A stretch of DNA of 64,000 nucleotides from Squalus acanthias (taxonomy: Eukaryota): assembly GCA_030390025.1 (NCBI GenBank), contig CM059432.1:22198001-22262000 (forward strand), written 5' to 3'. The notes beneath the pieces are model-generated. The model was given only the letters and a program-made list of their open reading frames with translations. It was not told where the DNA came from and did no database searches. Below are positions 61,048 to 64,000 of the stretch, one piece after another; within the stretch, counting starts at the first letter, position 1, and each line of letters begins with the position of its first letter. A program made the translations under genes and the position numbers.

Positions 61048-61285
61048 AGACAACATGGGAGTTTGGCAGTGCTAAATGGTATATATTTCAACACAAGGAG
61101 TCTAGGGAATAAAGCAGATGAGCTGCGGGCACAAATAGACATGTGGGAGTATGATATTGTAGTTATTACTGAGACATGGCTGAAAGAAGGGCAGGAATTG
61201 CAGCTCAACATTCCTGGTTACAGGGATTTCAGACGAAATAGAGAGGGAATAAAAAAAAGGAGGGGGGAGGTCGCAATATTGATTA

Positions 61286-64000
61286 AACATAGAAACATAG
61301 AAACATAGAAACATAGAAGATAGGAGCAGGAGTAGGCCATTCGGCCCCTCGAGCCTGTTCCGCCATTTAATGAGATCATGGCTGATCAATCCAAATTCAG
61401 TACCCTGTCCCTGCTTTCCCCCCATATCCCTTGGTCCCTTTAGCCTTAAGAAATATATCTAACTCCTTCTTGAATATATTTAATGAATTGGCCTCAACTG
61501 CCTTCTTTGGTAAAGAATTCCACAGGTTCACCACTCTGGGTGAAGAAATTCCTCCTCATCTCAGTCCTAAATTGCTTACCCCTTATTCTTAGACTGTGAC
61601 CCCTGGTTCTGGACTCCCCCGCCATCGGGAACATCCTTCCTGCATCTAGTCTGTCTAGTCCTGTTAGAATTTTATAAGTTTCAATGAGATCCCCTCTCAT
61701 TCTTCTAAAATCTAGCGAATATAAGCCTAATCGACCCAATCTCTCCTCATACGTCATTCCTGCCATCCCAGGTATCAGTCTGGTGAATCTTCACTGCACT
61801 CTCTCCATGGCAAGAACATCCTTCCTCAGATAAGGTGACCAAAACAGCACACAATAATCAAGGTGTGGTCTCACCAAGGCCCTGTACAACTGCAGCAAGA
61901 CATCCTCTTGCTATGAAGGCCAACTTACCATTTGCCTTCTTAACCGCCTGCTGCACCTGCATGCTTACCTTCAGCCACTGGTGCACAAGGACACCCAGGT
62001 CTCGTTGCACTTCCCCTTTTCCCAATCTATTGCCGTTCAGATAATAATCTGTCTTCCTGTTTTTGCCACCGAAGTGGATAACCTCGCATTTATCCACATT
62101 ATACAGCATTTGCCATGCATCTGCCCAATCACCCAACCTATCCAAATCATACTGGAGTTTCTTTTCATCCTCCTCACAGCACACACGCCCACCCAGCTTT
62201 GTGTCGTCTGCAAACTTGGAGATATTACATCTAGTTCCCTCGTCTAGATCATTTATATATATTGTGAATAGCTGGGGTCCTAGCACCAATCCCTGCGGTA
62301 CCCCACTAGTCACTGCCTGCCACTCGGAAAAAGATCCGTTTATTCCAAATCTTTGCTTCCTGTCTGCCAACCAGTTCTCTATCCAAGACAGTACCTTACC
62401 CCCAATCCCATGTGCTTTAACTTTGCACACTAATCTCTTATGCAGGACATTATCGAAAGCCTTCTGAAAGTCCAAATACACCACATCCACTTGTTCTCCC
62501 TTATCTATTCTACCAGTTACATCCTCAAAAAATTCCAGTAGATTAGTCAAGCATGATTTACCTTTTGTAATTCCATGTTGACTTTGTCCGATCCTGTCAC
62601 TGTTTTCCATGTGCTCTGCTATTACAACTTTTATAATGGACTCTAGCATTTTGCCACTACCGATGTCAGGTTTACCATTCTATAATTCCCCATTTTCTCT
62701 CTACCACCTTTTTTAAATAGTGGGGTTACATTAGCTATCCTCCAATCCATGGGAACTGTTCCAGACTCTATAGAATTTTGGAAGATGACCAGCAATGCAT
62801 CTACTATTTCTAGGGCCACTTCCTTAAGTACCCTAGGATATAGATTATCAGGCCCTGGGGATTTATCGGCCTTCAATCCCGTCAATTTCCCTAACACCAT
62901 TTCCCTACAAATACTAATTGCATTCAATTCCTCCCTCTCATTAGACCCTATGTTCCCCAACATCTCTGGGAGGTTATTTGTGTCCTCCTTTGTGAAGACA
63001 GAACCAAAGTATGTATTTAATTGGTCTGCCCTTTCTTTGTTCCCCATTATAAATTCCCCTGATTCTGACTGCAAGGGACCTACGCTTGACTTCACCAATC
63101 TTTTTCTCTTCACATATCTATAGAAGCTTTTACAGTCAGTTTTTATGTTCCCTGCAAGCTTACTCTCATAATCTATTTTCCTCCTCTTAATTAATCCCTT
63201 TGTCCTCCTTTGCTGAATCCTAAACTGTTCCCAATCCTCAGGTTTGCTGCTTTTTCTGGCCAAATTATATGTTCTCTCCTTGGATCTTATGCTATCCCTA
63301 ATTTCCTTGTTAGCCATGGTTGAGTCACCTTTTTTGTCTTATTTTTATGCCAAACAGTGATGAACAAATTCTGTAGTTCATCCATGCGATCTTTAAATGT
63401 TTGCCATTGCCTATCCACCGTCAACCCTTTAAGTAACGTTCCCCAATCCATCCTAGCCAACTCGTGCCTCATACCATCGTAGTTTCCTTTATTTAAATTC
63501 AGGACCCTAGTCTCTGAGTCAACTACTTCACTCTCCATCTTAATGAAGAATTCTATCATATTATGATCGCTCCTCCCCAAGGGGCCTCGCACAATAAAAT
63601 TGCTAATTAATCCTTTCTCATTACATAATACCCAGTCTAAGATGCCCTGACCTCTAGTTGGTTCCTCGACATATTGGTCCAGGAAACCATCCCGTATACA
63701 CTCTAGGAATTCCTCCTCCACAATATTGTTACTAATTTGGTTAGCCCAATCTATATGTAAAATAAAGTCACCCATGATAACTGCTGTGCCCTTATTGCTA
63801 GCGTCTCTAATTTCTCTTTTAATACCATCCCCAACCTCAGCGTTACTGTTTGGAGGACTGTATACAACTCCCACTGATGTTTTCTGCCCCTTGGTATTTC
63901 TCAACTCTGCTCATACAGATTCCACATCATCAGAGCTAATATCTTTCCTTACTATTGTGTTAATCTCCTCTTTAATCAGCAATGCTACCCCACCTCCTTT
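61286..64000 (-). mobile_element. CR1 LINE ORF2 + 3' tail, continuing past the window end
   Basis: ORFs 63287-63904, 62643-63317, 61858-62649 and 61494-61766; tail (aaacatag)n. Confidence 0.95.

Larger units (their letters stand above)
56250..61285 (+). mobile_element. CR1 ORF1/ORF2 junction fragment split by a full-length antisense CR1 (pieces 56250-56615 and 61048-61285)
   Basis: Esterase end (DGLHLNRTGT..GEGLN*) on the left piece and APE start (YFNTRSL..ITETWL) on the right piece. Confidence 0.8.

Noticed and set aside
57113..63123. Long plus-strand ORFs (e.g. 58053-58664, 57402-57806)
   Set aside because: Antisense shadows of CR1 ORF2.

Overview
Non-genic, repeat-dominated vertebrate DNA, most likely an intron or intergenic region of a cartilaginous fish (inferred from HE1-like and Deu-domain SINEs and very abundant CR1 LINEs). 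No host protein-coding exon could be supported. The window holds about 15 CR1 LINE copies (one near full length, with SGNH-esterase ORF1 and APE/RT ORF2), RTE and L2 remnants, a near-complete Penelope-like element (RT + GIY-YIG), and many PIF/Harbinger-type DNA elements with 3-bp TSDs. Three of the Harbinger elements retain Myb/SANT and/or transposase remnants, and there are two hAT MITEs with 8-bp TSDs. The elements are deeply nested. The most notable signals are: (i) small non-coding fold-back retroposons carrying a minimal hammerhead ribozyme on each strand, one with a perfect 100-bp hairpin and a 12-bp TSD; (ii) further hammerheads in Penelope pseudo-LTRs with differing but pairing stems; (iii) Harbinger MITE families rich in consensus 5' splice (U1) sites and with shared termini; (iv) a templated inverted insertion and a local inversion reconstructed from TSDs. 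Boundaries without a TSD are approximate, and family names come from motif recognition, not database searches.
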